35,753 nt of DNA from a virus (lineage: Duplodnaviria > Caudoviricetes). The stretch spans positions 1 through 35,753 of the IMG/VR virus record IMGVR_UViG_3300031578_000173; one strand, written 5' to 3'. Shown here piece after piece: positions 1-8,050 of this stretch (position 1 is its first letter; each line of letters begins with the position of its first letter). Made by a program: the position numbers and the translations under genes. The notes below the pieces were generated by a model. It saw only the letters and a list, made by a program, of their open reading frames with translations. It was not told the origin of the DNA and ran no database searches.

Positions 1-233
1 GTGACATGCCAGCAGAGGTGGGCCAGGGTGCCTTCCGGGGGCAGGTGCGCCTTGGACCGGGCTCTGAGGCTGTCGAGGTCCATGGTCGGTACGAACATGA
101 GGGTCCATTTCGGGTGGGGCTCCCTCGAGCCCCACTCGTTCGCCACGACGAGCATGAAGCTGTGGTCCTTGAGGTGCTCCGATAGCTCGTCGAAGTACTC
201 CTTGAGCGGTTCTATTTTCGTATTCGGGATCAT
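1..233 (-). CDS. hypothetical protein (3'-truncated by window edge)
   Basis: Own translation of the minus strand from ATG at 233 (MIPNTKIEPLKEYFDELSEHLKDHSF...) is open to position 1. Codons are GC3-rich and it follows the 242..541 ORF. Not in the ORF track because it has no stop. Confidence 0.7.
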   Translation of the reverse strand, partial: MIPNTKIEPLKEYFDELSEHLKDHSFMLVVANEWGSREPHPKWTLMFVPTMDLDSLRARSKAHLPPEGTLAHLCWHV

Positions 234-241
234 ATGAGGTT

Positions 242-541
242 CTAAGACTCGTCTTCGGGTTCCCCGCAGAAGAAAGCGATTTCCAGGATGTCTTGCTGTA
301 GTGCCATCAGTAGGGCGATTGCTGCTGAGGAATCGATCACCTGCCCTTTTACGCTGTCGTTACCGCCCAGACCCACTGCTGGGTGCATCAGGTACCAGCA
401 ATAGCCGTCTTCAGGTTTCTCTGGATCTTTGAGAGCGAGGGACAAGAACAATCCATCTTGTAACGAAATTTCGATATCCACGCCTAGGATCGGGGCACCT
501 TTCGGTACGAGATTTGGATCTGCATATGCCTTCTGCGTCAT
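242..541 (-). CDS. hypothetical protein
   Basis: 99-aa ORF with AGGAG upstream, co-oriented with neighbours. Confidence 0.65.
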   Translation of the reverse strand: MTQKAYADPNLVPKGAPILGVDIEISLQDGLFLSLALKDPEKPEDGYCWYLMHPAVGLGGNDSVKGQVIDSSAAIALLMALQQDILEIAFFCGEPEDES

Positions 542-592
542 TGTTTCATCTCCTGTTGATCTGAACTTTGGTGGCTGTTTCTTTTGTGCTTC

Positions 593-865
593 TTAGACAT
601 ATGGCGTCTTCTCTCCCCAGAAGCGGTACAGCTCCGTGTAGGCCCAGGGGTTGCCGTCGTAGTTGACGGCTTTGTAGGAGACGTTGGGCCCTGAGGTGGT
701 GGGTTTGAAGATCACTATCTGCTTGTTGGGGGCTCCCATGATCAGGGTGTTCCTGGTGAAGCCCGATGCCACGGCCTCGTTGGTGGTCATCCGGCGCAGG
801 GTGCCTGGTTCTGGTGGTCCTAGCTGCTTGGGCTTGCCGCCGGGGTGCTCTATTCTCCCTGCCAT
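593..865 (-). CDS. hypothetical protein
   Basis: 90-aa ORF, GAGG upstream, tiles with the 850..1062 ORF. Confidence 0.65.
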   Translation of the reverse strand: MAGRIEHPGGKPKQLGPPEPGTLRRMTTNEAVASGFTRNTLIMGAPNKQIVIFKPTTSGPNVSYKAVNYDGNPWAYTELYRFWGEKTPYV

Positions 866-1062
866 GCTCTTTTAGCCTCCTCGAAGACCTTCTGTTCGTC
901 GATCTCAGCTGCGAAGTCTTTCAGCTGGGGCCAGCGCTTCTCCATCTCGTCCAGGACTCCTCCCAGCTCCTCTGAGGTTTCGTGGTCGTAGCCGAACACG
1001 GGTCCAGACCACATGACCTCGCGGACCCTGATCCACCGGTAGAATTCCTGCAGCTTCGTCAT
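850..1062 (-). CDS. hypothetical protein
   Basis: 70-aa ORF, AAGGAAG upstream, GC3-rich codons. Confidence 0.7.
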   Translation of the reverse strand: MTKLQEFYRWIRVREVMWSGPVFGYDHETSEELGGVLDEMEKRWPQLKDFAAEIDEQKVFEEAKRAWQGE

Positions 1063-1081
1063 CTACTCTTCCTTCTGTAGC

Positions 1082-1315
1082 TCACGGCGCCCACCTCCCC
1101 AACACGGTGACCTCCTCGGTGTAGGCGATGCGCTGAAAGTTAGTCAGCTTGCCATCGCACTTCTTGAGGTGTCGGTTGATCTTCCTCCGGGCCTCGGTAG
1201 AGGTCATGCCCCAGACGAGGCCGATCATGTGAGCGGCGTACGGAGGGGCCAATTTGACTGTGAACCGGAACTCGTAGAGCTTGGGCTGCTTGATGTTGAC
1301 GTGCTGGATGGTCAT
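1082..1315 (-). CDS. hypothetical protein
   Basis: Start MTIQHV at 1315 forms an ATGA overlap with the stop of the upstream ORF (translational coupling). Confidence 0.65.
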   Translation of the reverse strand: MTIQHVNIKQPKLYEFRFTVKLAPPYAAHMIGLVWGMTSTEARRKINRHLKKCDGKLTNFQRIAYTEEVTVLGRWAP

Positions 1316-1524
1316 TCTTTGATCTCCGTCACCCCCAGCTCCACCCACATGTTCTCGTCCTTTTTCGGCACCCGACACCCCATCTTCCGCCACTGCTTGC
1401 GGGTGAAGAGCATGAACCAGTCATGCGGGCAGTTCTCAGCTTCGCACATCGATTCGTAGATCACGACGTCCCAGGGCGACCGTGTACCGTCGCGGTTGTA
1501 GTACCTGGCTGCTACGCACTTCAT
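1312..1524 (-). CDS. hypothetical protein
   Basis: Start MKCVAARYY at 1524 preceded by AAAGGAGA. Confidence 0.65.
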   Translation of the reverse strand: MKCVAARYYNRDGTRSPWDVVIYESMCEAENCPHDWFMLFTRKQWRKMGCRVPKKDENMWVELGVTEIKE

Positions 1525-1543
1525 GGCGTCTCCTTTCTGAGTG

Positions 1544-1846
1544 CTAAAAAGAGAAGACTGCGCCGCAGTGGTCACATTCATCGATGCAGTCCTGGTTGGA
1601 ATCCTCGGTGCGGAAGTCAGCTCCGCAGATCATTATCGCGGACTCCATTTCATTGGCGTTGAATGGGACCGCTACCGTTTCGTCTAGGGTGACTCTGATG
1701 TAGGAGTCCTCTCCTCTAAATGTGATGTCTAGCCCATAGTTCAGGGCCCATGCGATCCACATTTTGGAACCGCAGTCCGGGCACTCCGGAAGGTCTCGGT
1801 CTGTTCCTATGAAGTTGTCCATGTCGACCTGTAATGGAAAGCTCAT
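1544..1846 (-). CDS. putative Zn-ribbon protein
   Basis: Start MSFPLQ at 1846 with GAGGAGGAG and an ATGA overlap. Contains CPDCG, ICGADF and CIDECDHCG Cys motifs. Confidence 0.65.
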   Translation of the reverse strand: MSFPLQVDMDNFIGTDRDLPECPDCGSKMWIAWALNYGLDITFRGEDSYIRVTLDETVAVPFNANEMESAIMICGADFRTEDSNQDCIDECDHCGAVFSF

Positions 1847-2364
1847 GTGGGCTCCTCCTCTTCGGTGAATTTTTCGATCAAACGGTTGGCTGCCTTGATG
1901 AACCCACCCGGGTTCGTGATCAGATTTTGGAACTCCCGCCTGAGGTCGCCGGACGGGTGGCAGCTGCACCAGAAGCTGTCGCAGGAGGTTGGGTGCTCGC
2001 AGTACATGTAGATCTGACAGATTCTCGGCCTGTTCCCATGGATCGAACAGAGGCCCGTCCTGGGGTTCAGAAGGTCACAAGTGTAGAAGTGGATCAACGG
2101 GTTGATCTCTGGGTCCTTGTGCTCGTAGCGGGCGAAGGAGGGTGGCCTGTACCCGATGTAGCGGAAATGTTCGATGTAGAATTCGACGTCTTCAATTGGG
2201 CCGCGGTCGAAGTCGTCTCTGGGAGGGTATCCTGGGTCGCACAGGTGATCTCCGAAACCTAGGATGACGTAGTGGTGGTAGTTCTCCCAGAGTTGCTCCG
2301 GAGAGAGTGGTAACGTGAAGCAGCGGCAGCAGAGGGCCGTTCTGGTGTTCTCTCGGATCATCAC
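1843..2364 (-). CDS. YkgJ/FliB-like (CxxCxxCC-type) Zn/Fe-chelating cysteine-cluster protein
   Basis: N-terminal LCCRCF and the family-typical C-x(9)-CSIH-x-NRP-x-IC-x-x-Y (CDLLNPRTGLCSIHGNRPRICQIY). Confidence 0.75.
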   Translation of the reverse strand: MMIRENTRTALCCRCFTLPLSPEQLWENYHHYVILGFGDHLCDPGYPPRDDFDRGPIEDVEFYIEHFRYIGYRPPSFARYEHKDPEINPLIHFYTCDLLNPRTGLCSIHGNRPRICQIYMYCEHPTSCDSFWCSCHPSGDLRREFQNLITNPGGFIKAANRLIEKFTEEEEPT

Positions 2365-2585
2365 CGCCTCCGATTAAGCAACGGGGAGATCACTTCTAGG
2401 TACTCCCAGATGTAGACCCCGTAGAAGATGGCCGCTTCGTAGTAGCCCATGGATCGGATTCTTCCGTTGGGCTGCCAACCTTTATTGATCCTGTCGACCC
2501 ACCATTGGCAGCGTGTGCTGCGTTCCGGGGGAGAGGTCGTCCAGTAATCCTCTGGGCGAACGGATGGGGGCTTTCCATCGGTCAT
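2361..2585 (-). CDS. hypothetical protein
   Basis: Start MTDGK at 2585 with AGGAGA; ATGA overlap with the downstream gene. Confidence 0.6.
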   Translation of the reverse strand: MTDGKPPSVRPEDYWTTSPPERSTRCQWWVDRINKGWQPNGRIRSMGYYEAAIFYGVYIWEYLEVISPLLNRRR

Positions 2586-2593
2586 CCGATCTC

Positions 2594-3112
2594 CTATACC
2601 CACTTTTTCGGGCGTCTGATTTTTGGATTCATAGGCTTGACTCTGGTTGGGTTGATGAGGTCTTCCTTTGCAGGATCAAACCCTAAGGGCTTGGTGTACT
2701 TCCTGGAGAGGGATTCCTCTTCTGGGATCAGCAGGGGCTGCACGATCTGGATAGTGAGATCGATGTTGTAGATCTTACGGTCTATTGGACTCAGGCCGAT
2801 ACGAAAGTCGACAGGGACGGCAGTCTCAGACCCAAGGTTGAGGGTTGTGGGTCCTCCGCTCCACTTGCGCATGATGCAACACTGAAGGTGCCAGGGAAGG
2901 CTTCTCTCGGGAGCTGTCGGAGTTCCGATCCTCGAGATCGCGACGATGTTGTCTGAGCTGGTTTCGATCTTCATCGAAACTTTGATGGTGTGATGGGGGT
3001 TGGACATCTGTGGCCACCCTGATTGGGTGGCGTCACTGGCCTCCATGTTGAGGACAGTGAACCCATAGTAGCTCAGGTTCAGGAGTTCCTGGTATGGGAT
3101 CAGGCTCACCAC
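2594..3112 (-). CDS. hypothetical protein
   Basis: 172-aa ORF, GGAGG upstream, overlaps the preceding stop. Confidence 0.65.
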   Translation of the reverse strand: MVSLIPYQELLNLSYYGFTVLNMEASDATQSGWPQMSNPHHTIKVSMKIETSSDNIVAISRIGTPTAPERSLPWHLQCCIMRKWSGGPTTLNLGSETAVPVDFRIGLSPIDRKIYNIDLTIQIVQPLLIPEEESLSRKYTKPLGFDPAKEDLINPTRVKPMNPKIRRPKKWV

Positions 3113-3294
3113 TTCCCTCCAGGGACTTCTTCTACATCGAAGGTGGTGTTGGCTGAGGCGGCGGTTCGGCAGATGTCTGCCCAGTCGTCAGCTTCCTTTT
3201 CATCGAAGAACCAGGCGATCAGCTCTCGATCGAAGGTGTGGTAGCCATCACCCGATTCCTTGACGACTACGTAGATCGTAGCGGGCTTCTTCAT
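3106..3294 (-). CDS. hypothetical protein
   Basis: 62-aa ORF, GGGGAG RBS, ATGA overlap with the KH gene. Confidence 0.65.
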   Translation of the reverse strand: MKKPATIYVVVKESGDGYHTFDRELIAWFFDEKEADDWADICRTAASANTTFDVEEVPGGKW

Positions 3295-3578
3295 CGCTTC
3301 TCCCCATCCGTCGTCTCGAGCGTCACCCGGATCTTCTCCTTGTAGGCCATCGTCCTCAGCAGGTGCCGGAGGGCCCCAACAGTCTGGCCTTTCTTCCCGA
3401 TGATTTTCCCCAGCTCTCCATTCACAGCTTCGATGGTGATCAGAAGGGTGGTCTTGGAGGCGCTCGAGGTGACCTTGACGTTGCTCCGATCGTCTACCAA
3501 CTCCTCTGCGATGTCGGTGGCGATCTCAACGAGGAACGTGTTCAGGTCAACTTCCTGGGCTTGTGCTGTGCTCGGCAT
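3291..3578 (-). CDS. khpA: KH-domain RNA-binding protein, KhpA/YlqC (UPF0109)-like
   Basis: Single-domain 95-aa protein with ELGKIIGKKGQTVGALRHLL (GxxG KH loop) and an N-terminal L-V-D...V-x-V pattern as in KhpA. AGGAG RBS. Confidence 0.8.
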   Translation of the reverse strand: MPSTAQAQEVDLNTFLVEIATDIAEELVDDRSNVKVTSSASKTTLLITIEAVNGELGKIIGKKGQTVGALRHLLRTMAYKEKIRVTLETTDGEKR

Positions 3579-3587
3579 GATGATCTC

Positions 3588-3887
3588 CTAGTAGTAGGTG
3601 GGAACCACGAAGTTCTTCGCGCAGTCTGTTTCCAACCATTCCAGAACCGGTTCTTCGTGGAACCATGTATTTCGGATCTTGTGCTTTCTGAACTTCGCCT
3701 TGAGCCATTCCACTGTGAGCGGTGGGATCGAATGATCGTAATTTTCGAAGATGCGGTACGACAGAACCTCGACCACCTCCAAGGGGTGGATGTTCCCGCC
3801 CTGCAGTACAGATATGGACCTTTGCACATTCGAGGTCTGACCGATCTTGATGCAGCGGTTGATCCTATCTCTGATGAAGTAGATCAA
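3588..3887 (-). CDS. GIY-YIG nuclease superfamily protein (T5orf172/MUG113-like)
   Basis: IYFI...IKIG-x-T...R...LQ-x-GN-x-x-PL...WF pattern typical of T5orf172. TTG start. Confidence 0.7.
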   Translation of the reverse strand: MIYFIRDRINRCIKIGQTSNVQRSISVLQGGNIHPLEVVEVLSYRIFENYDHSIPPLTVEWLKAKFRKHKIRNTWFHEEPVLEWLETDCAKNFVVPTYY

Positions 3888-4211
3888 CTACCTCCACCTT
3901 TCAGGAATGCTTTCAGTCAGGACCTTCAGCAGATTTCGTTCCCGCCTGGCCATGGCGTTGATGACCCGCTCGATTCGGTCCACCTTCGCTTCCAGAGTTT
4001 CCGGTGGTGTGGGAGGGTCCACATCGATGGCGGTGATCTTAAATTCCAAAGTAGCCCCCAACTCCCGCTCTGCATCCAGTCCCCTTTGAAGAATGGTCAG
4101 AACCTGCTGTCGAACGTCCTCCAAGGCGACCATGTCGTCCGTCTCGGCGCAGTGGGTGGTTTGAACCTTGAGGTGTAGTTTGAACACCTTGTGGTAGTAC
4201 TTTCTGCTCAT
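3888..4211 (-). CDS. hypothetical protein
   Basis: 107-aa ORF, ATGA overlap, C-terminal coiled-coil-like segment. Confidence 0.65.
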   Translation of the reverse strand: MSRKYYHKVFKLHLKVQTTHCAETDDMVALEDVRQQVLTILQRGLDAERELGATLEFKITAIDVDPPTPPETLEAKVDRIERVINAMARRERNLLKVLTESIPERWR

Positions 4212-4744
4212 TTCGGATCACCTTTCTCTGATGGAATGTACCCCAGGCGGTCAGCAAGCCACTGCCGAACGGCTTGGGCAGCCCCATGGTGCATGCTGGA
4301 GTCGGTCAAACAGTAGGTGTACCCATCCACCTCCAGGGTCAGTTCGACGCATTCGTTGTCCCGGTTGTCGTGGTCGTGATAGGTCCCTGCGGTCAGGCTC
4401 AGGATCTTGACCTTCGGCACCGAAGGATCCTCCTGGGGATCCAGGGCCGCGACGATGGCCTGACGCACCCGTTGGACGTTCCAGCTGGAAGGGTACCTGT
4501 GGAACTGGATGAGGGCGTTGTAGGCCTCCACCTTCCTGCGGTCCCCAGGGGTCACAGCAGCGACCGGGTCTCCCTGGTAGACGCCCTCATGCCGCCGGAT
4601 GGCCATCGGGTTGGGGGACCGGAGGAAGTGCTCTCCCACGAGCGTGAGCAGGGCCTCCAGCTGCTCCATGTCCAAGTCAGAGGCCCATTTGGCGTACTTG
4701 TTCAGCTCGACTTCAGGGATGAGGTCCTTCACACGCTGGGTCAT
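4208..4744 (-). CDS. hypothetical protein
   Basis: 178-aa ORF with strong AGGAGG RBS. Confidence 0.75.
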   Translation of the reverse strand: MTQRVKDLIPEVELNKYAKWASDLDMEQLEALLTLVGEHFLRSPNPMAIRRHEGVYQGDPVAAVTPGDRRKVEAYNALIQFHRYPSSWNVQRVRQAIVAALDPQEDPSVPKVKILSLTAGTYHDHDNRDNECVELTLEVDGYTYCLTDSSMHHGAAQAVRQWLADRLGYIPSEKGDPK

Positions 4745-4804
4745 GACATCCTCCTACATGTAGTACAGAAAAACGGGATCTTTGGACGTCTATATTGATC
4801 CTAA

Positions 4805-5098
4805 TTAAACCCATTGAGGCCTTCTGGTCATGAGGCCTCCGCTGAGGGCATTACGCCCTTCATGGGTCCGGCGGTAGAAGTGGAACTCTCCATCTCTCCC
4901 GCGGGGGAACTCAGTGGCTGCGACCATCCATCCGTTGTAGACGAGTAGGTCGAACACGATGTCTGCTGAGACGTCTGTTGGCGTCAAAATCGATTCGATG
5001 AGGTGCTTCACATCACTGCGACCGAGGGCCTCAGGGGTGTCTGGCAACCCCTTGAGAATGGCCAGGGTCTGTTCTCGAGACAGGATCACTTTGGACAT
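4805..5098 (-). CDS. hypothetical protein (possible winged-helix)
   Basis: Start MSKVILS at 5098 with AAGGAG. The ending L..GW...Y-x-x-T-x-EG-x-x-AL resembles a wHTH wing. Confidence 0.6.
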   Translation of the reverse strand: MSKVILSREQTLAILKGLPDTPEALGRSDVKHLIESILTPTDVSADIVFDLLVYNGWMVAATEFPRGRDGEFHFYRRTHEGRNALSGGLMTRRPQWV

Positions 5099-5175
5099 GG
5101 TTCTCTCCTTCGCACGCCATGGGTATGGCGGTTCTGAAATTCGCGAGAGGAGAGAGGGGGTCGGGGAGAGGGGGG

Positions 5176-5403
5176 CTAGTTGAGGGTCTTGGCGATCTTG
5201 CCGCCCTCGGCGGTGCGGGTGTAGCTCGTGATGTCGTCCCGGTCGGTCTTGGCCCGGAGCAGGCCCTTCTCGATCAGGCTGTTGGCCGCTCGGGCCATGG
5301 GACCTGCCTTGGAGTTGAACTCCTCGGCCAGCTCGCTGGCCGTCCAGGGCGTCTTGGCATCGACGGTGGTGAGGATTTCCTTCTGGGTCTCGGTGATCTT
5401 CAT
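5176..5403 (-). CDS. winged helix-turn-helix (MarR-like) DNA-binding protein
   Basis: ITETQKEIL...TASELAEEF...L-x-EKGLL...Y-x-x-T-x-EG pattern, AGGAGG RBS and strong codon bias. Confidence 0.75.
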   Translation of the reverse strand: MKITETQKEILTTVDAKTPWTASELAEEFNSKAGPMARAANSLIEKGLLRAKTDRDDITSYTRTAEGGKIAKTLN

Positions 5404-5454
5404 CGTGGTCCTCCTGTTGATGTCCGCCAGTTGTTGGCTGAACTACAAAGGGCC

Positions 5455-5482
5455 ATTGTAGATAGATCGGACTGTTTGTCCA
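5455..5482 (-). promoter_or_regulatory. candidate sigma70-type promoter for the wHTH gene
   Basis: Minus strand reads TGGACA-N16-TACAAT about 50 nt upstream of ATG 5403. Confidence 0.45.
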
Positions 5483-5486
5483 GACC

Positions 5487-5672
5487 CTATTTGATGAGAT
5501 CGAGTAATTCACCGAGTGGCCCATTTAGAAGGTCAGGATGTTCTTTGCGCAGTGCGTTGATCTGCTCCGCGAGTTCTTTGGCTCGCTGCATGGGCAGCAT
5601 GATGATCGTCTTGGTCACGAACTCCTTCTTCTCTTCTTTGGCGACTGGTTTCTTGGGGGGTGGATTTTTCAT
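5487..5672 (-). CDS. hypothetical protein
   Basis: 61-aa ORF with ATGA overlap. Confidence 0.6.
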   Translation of the reverse strand: MKNPPPKKPVAKEEKKEFVTKTIIMLPMQRAKELAEQINALRKEHPDLLNGPLGELLDLIK

Positions 5673-5941
5673 AGAGGGTCTGTCTTTCGCGCGGCTTGGG
5701 AGCGGGAGTAGGCAGCATTACGGGCAGCCCTGCGGATGAAGGTCTCCATCTCGTAGAGGACAGCTTGTTGCTCCCAGATTGGGAGGTCGTAGAATCGGTC
5801 AATGACGCGTCCCATATCAGATCGGTAAGGCCCTTCGGGTCTGTAGGCACAGGCGATCCAGATACGGACAAGGTCCAGGTCCGGGGCGTTTCGAATCGAG
5901 CTTATGAAGTCGGACACATTGGTTCGGTCGAAGTCAGCCAC
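5669..5941 (-). CDS. hypothetical protein
   Basis: GTG start (VADFDRT) immediately after the MazG-like stop, with AAGGAG upstream. Confidence 0.6.
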   Translation of the reverse strand: MADFDRTNVSDFISSIRNAPDLDLVRIWIACAYRPEGPYRSDMGRVIDRFYDLPIWEQQAVLYEMETFIRRAARNAAYSRSQAARKTDPL

Positions 5942-5942
5942 C

Positions 5943-6350
5943 TCAGCACTCCTTCCCGTGCCGGTAGGGGCGTTTCTCGTTCTTGGCCATCTTCCGGGCG
6001 ATGGAGTCCGAGATGTCGATGCCCAGAGATCCGACCATGTCCAGGAGGCGAATGAAGGTGTCCGCCATCTCCTCCGCGAAGTTCTCCACGATGGCACGCT
6101 GCCCTGAGTCAAGGTTCCCAGTGTAGAGCCCCATCTCTTCCGACACTGCCCCACTTTGAAGCAGGTCCAAGGTCTGCTCAGTTAGGTGACGGTAGGCCTC
6201 CATGGCCTCTGACAATTCCGTGACCACGAGCATGAGTTTCTCGGGGCAGTTCCCCCAATGGGTGTCGAACCCCTTCCGCGACCTCCAGTTGGCTATGGCG
6301 GCAGCTACGGAATTCAGATCGTTGCTCAAATACGAATCGTCGATTGGCAT
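5943..6350 (-). CDS. MazG-like all-alpha NTP pyrophosphohydrolase
   Basis: EKLMLVVTELSEAMEA...FAEEMADTFIRLLD...KMAKNEKRPYRHGK gives the ExxE...EExAD metal motif plus the typical phage C-terminus. Confidence 0.85.
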   Translation of the reverse strand: MPIDDSYLSNDLNSVAAAIANWRSRKGFDTHWGNCPEKLMLVVTELSEAMEAYRHLTEQTLDLLQSGAVSEEMGLYTGNLDSGQRAIVENFAEEMADTFIRLLDMVGSLGIDISDSIARKMAKNEKRPYRHGKEC

Positions 6351-6773
6351 GTGTCACTGCTCCTGGTTGTCTTACCTTTTGTACAGTTTCCGAGGCTCTA
6401 ACTAGCGCATGATTGCCATCGATTTCAGAGGTACCTGTAACTCCACAGGTTAATTTTTAGATAGCGGTTGGGAGTGCTCCAGGCAGCGCGGATGGCGTAG
6501 GATCAATGTTCTTTTTCGAAAATAGGGTGACAGAATAGGGGGCCTCGCTTGTACAAAGACTTTGAGGGCTTTGTTAAAGGTGTGTGCGAATGATATTTAG
6601 GATCACATGTCCGGACGGGGAGATTCTGTGTTCCAAGAACAATCTGCTTCGTACAGCGGAGTTACAGCTGGGAGCTAGCTCAGTAGATGTGATCAGGTTG
6701 ATCTCGTTTTTATCTACAGCGGTGGAGGGTCGATCGATAGATCTGACTTTTGGTACGCTGGAGAGGCTTTACG

Positions 6774-7391
6774 ATGACGACGAGCGCGGTAGGGATCTGG
6801 TTCTCAGCAGACCTTCACCTGTACCATCGCCTGGCGGCAACCATGCGAGGGTTCGAGAATGTGGAGGACATGAACGAGTCCCTGATCGAAAACTGGAACG
6901 AGAGGGTAGAGCGTACTCACCGAGTGTACCTCGTCGGGGACGTATCGATGGGGATCGCCAACGGGACAAGGAGTATTCTCGACCGACTAAACGGCCAGAT
7001 CTTTCTGATCCGGGGAAACCACGAGACGATAGCTGAGTCTTCCATTTGTAGATCCCGTTTTGTTTGGATCAAGGACGTTCACATGCTGAAAGTAGCATGT
7101 GAAGACGAGCAGTTCTCTCAGAAAGGAAAGGTACGGTTCTGGTTGTCCCACTACGCCCACCGCTCATGGCCTAGCTCCCATCATGGGTCTTTGCACCTTT
7201 ATGGGCACAGCCACGGTTTCCTACCGGATGACCCAAGGTCGTTGTCGATCGACGTTGGGATCGACGCAGTGGCGATGAGGGCTCCGGTATCTTTTGAATG
7301 GGTCTTGCGGACGATGAAGACGAGAAAGAAATGGGTACGTCCGGCAGATCGAAGAGATGAACTTCCTTCTTGGGATCTAAACAAGTTTTGA
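6774..7391 (+). CDS. calcineurin-like metallophosphoesterase
   Basis: Motifs DLH-x-x-H, GD, GNHE, SHY, HLYGHSH and DVGID in canonical order. GGAGAGG upstream of ATG 6774. Confidence 0.9.
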   Translation: MTTSAVGIWFSADLHLYHRLAATMRGFENVEDMNESLIENWNERVERTHRVYLVGDVSMGIANGTRSILDRLNGQIFLIRGNHETIAESSICRSRFVWIKDVHMLKVACEDEQFSQKGKVRFWLSHYAHRSWPSSHHGSLHLYGHSHGFLPDDPRSLSIDVGIDAVAMRAPVSFEWVLRTMKTRKKWVRPADRRDELPSWDLNKF

Positions 7392-7640
7392 ATGGAGGAG
7401 TTGATGGAAGATCAAGTGAAAGAAGAATTGGCCATCGTCCGCAGTGAGCTTCGTTGTGTTGGAGTGGACGTGCCTCTGAAGGTCATTGCCGAGTGGAGTG
7501 TCGAGGACCGCGCCAAAGCCGAACAGTGGGCGATCCACAAACGGTGGAGCAAGATTTCCCGACCCCCGTGCCCGCCGGATCACAAGGTTCCCGACAAGCT
7601 TGTCAGGCCTCGTATCCTGAATCGGTGGGTGGCAAACTGA
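7392..7640 (+). CDS. hypothetical protein
   Basis: 82-aa ORF; the start may be ATG 7404, after GGAGGAG. Confidence 0.65.
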   Translation: MEELMEDQVKEELAIVRSELRCVGVDVPLKVIAEWSVEDRAKAEQWAIHKRWSKISRPPCPPDHKVPDKLVRPRILNRWVAN

Positions 7641-7703
7641 TAGGGGGATCGGATTTACCCTTGACTTCTTGGCGGTCCTCGTTCACAACAATGAGTGGAA
7701 TGA

Positions 7704-7808
7704 CCGGTACTTACCTAAATCTGTGGAGTATACGGACCATGGGGATTCCAATAATTCCCAGTGGTTCCGTACCGGGTATCTGAAGGCCCACCAACGACAT
7801 GGTGGGCC
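7704..7808 (+). ncRNA. candidate structured RNA / leader (two stem-loops)
   Basis: Bulged ~17-bp stem at 7731-7771, perfect 9-bp stem GGCCCACCA/TGGTGGGCC at 7785-7808, and a CCGGTAC/GTACCGG pair at 7704-7710/7769-7775. Confidence 0.35.
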
Positions 7809-7828
7809 GCCGAACGAGGAGGCCTACC

Positions 7829-8050
7829 ATGCTACGCTGCGAAATCTGTTCAGGTTACGCGACTGCTGGTCTGGCACACCTTCACGGGTTGTCAGCCCAC
7901 TTGTGCGTGTCCTGCACGCGAGAGGCCCTGAAGCACAGGGAGAAGAACGAGGCGATCGACTCCTTCAAGGCGAGGTTGTCGCGCATCGGCTCTCGGCTGA
8001 CAGCTGGAAGATCGGATCGATCCATAAGACCTCAACGGCGCGTAGCATGA
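7829..8050 (+). CDS. small CxxC Zn-finger protein
   Basis: MLRCEIC...LCVSC with GAGGAGG RBS. Confidence 0.65.
   Translation: MLRCEICSGYATAGLAHLHGLSAHLCVSCTREALKHREKNEAIDSFKARLSRIGSRLTAGRSDRSIRPQRRVA

Noticed and set aside
3588-3887. Intron or homing-endonuclease mobile element
   Set aside because: Short free-standing GIY-YIG-like ORF; no split host gene or intron structure seen.
5144-5178. Purine/G-run tract as G-quadruplex or terminator
   Set aside because: Only three long G-runs, no complementary arm and no U-tract; nothing supports a function.
3363-6055. Plus-strand ORFs of 119-271 aa in the left arm
   Set aside because: Shadow ORFs opposite a tightly coupled minus-strand gene run that has RBSs and recognisable domains.
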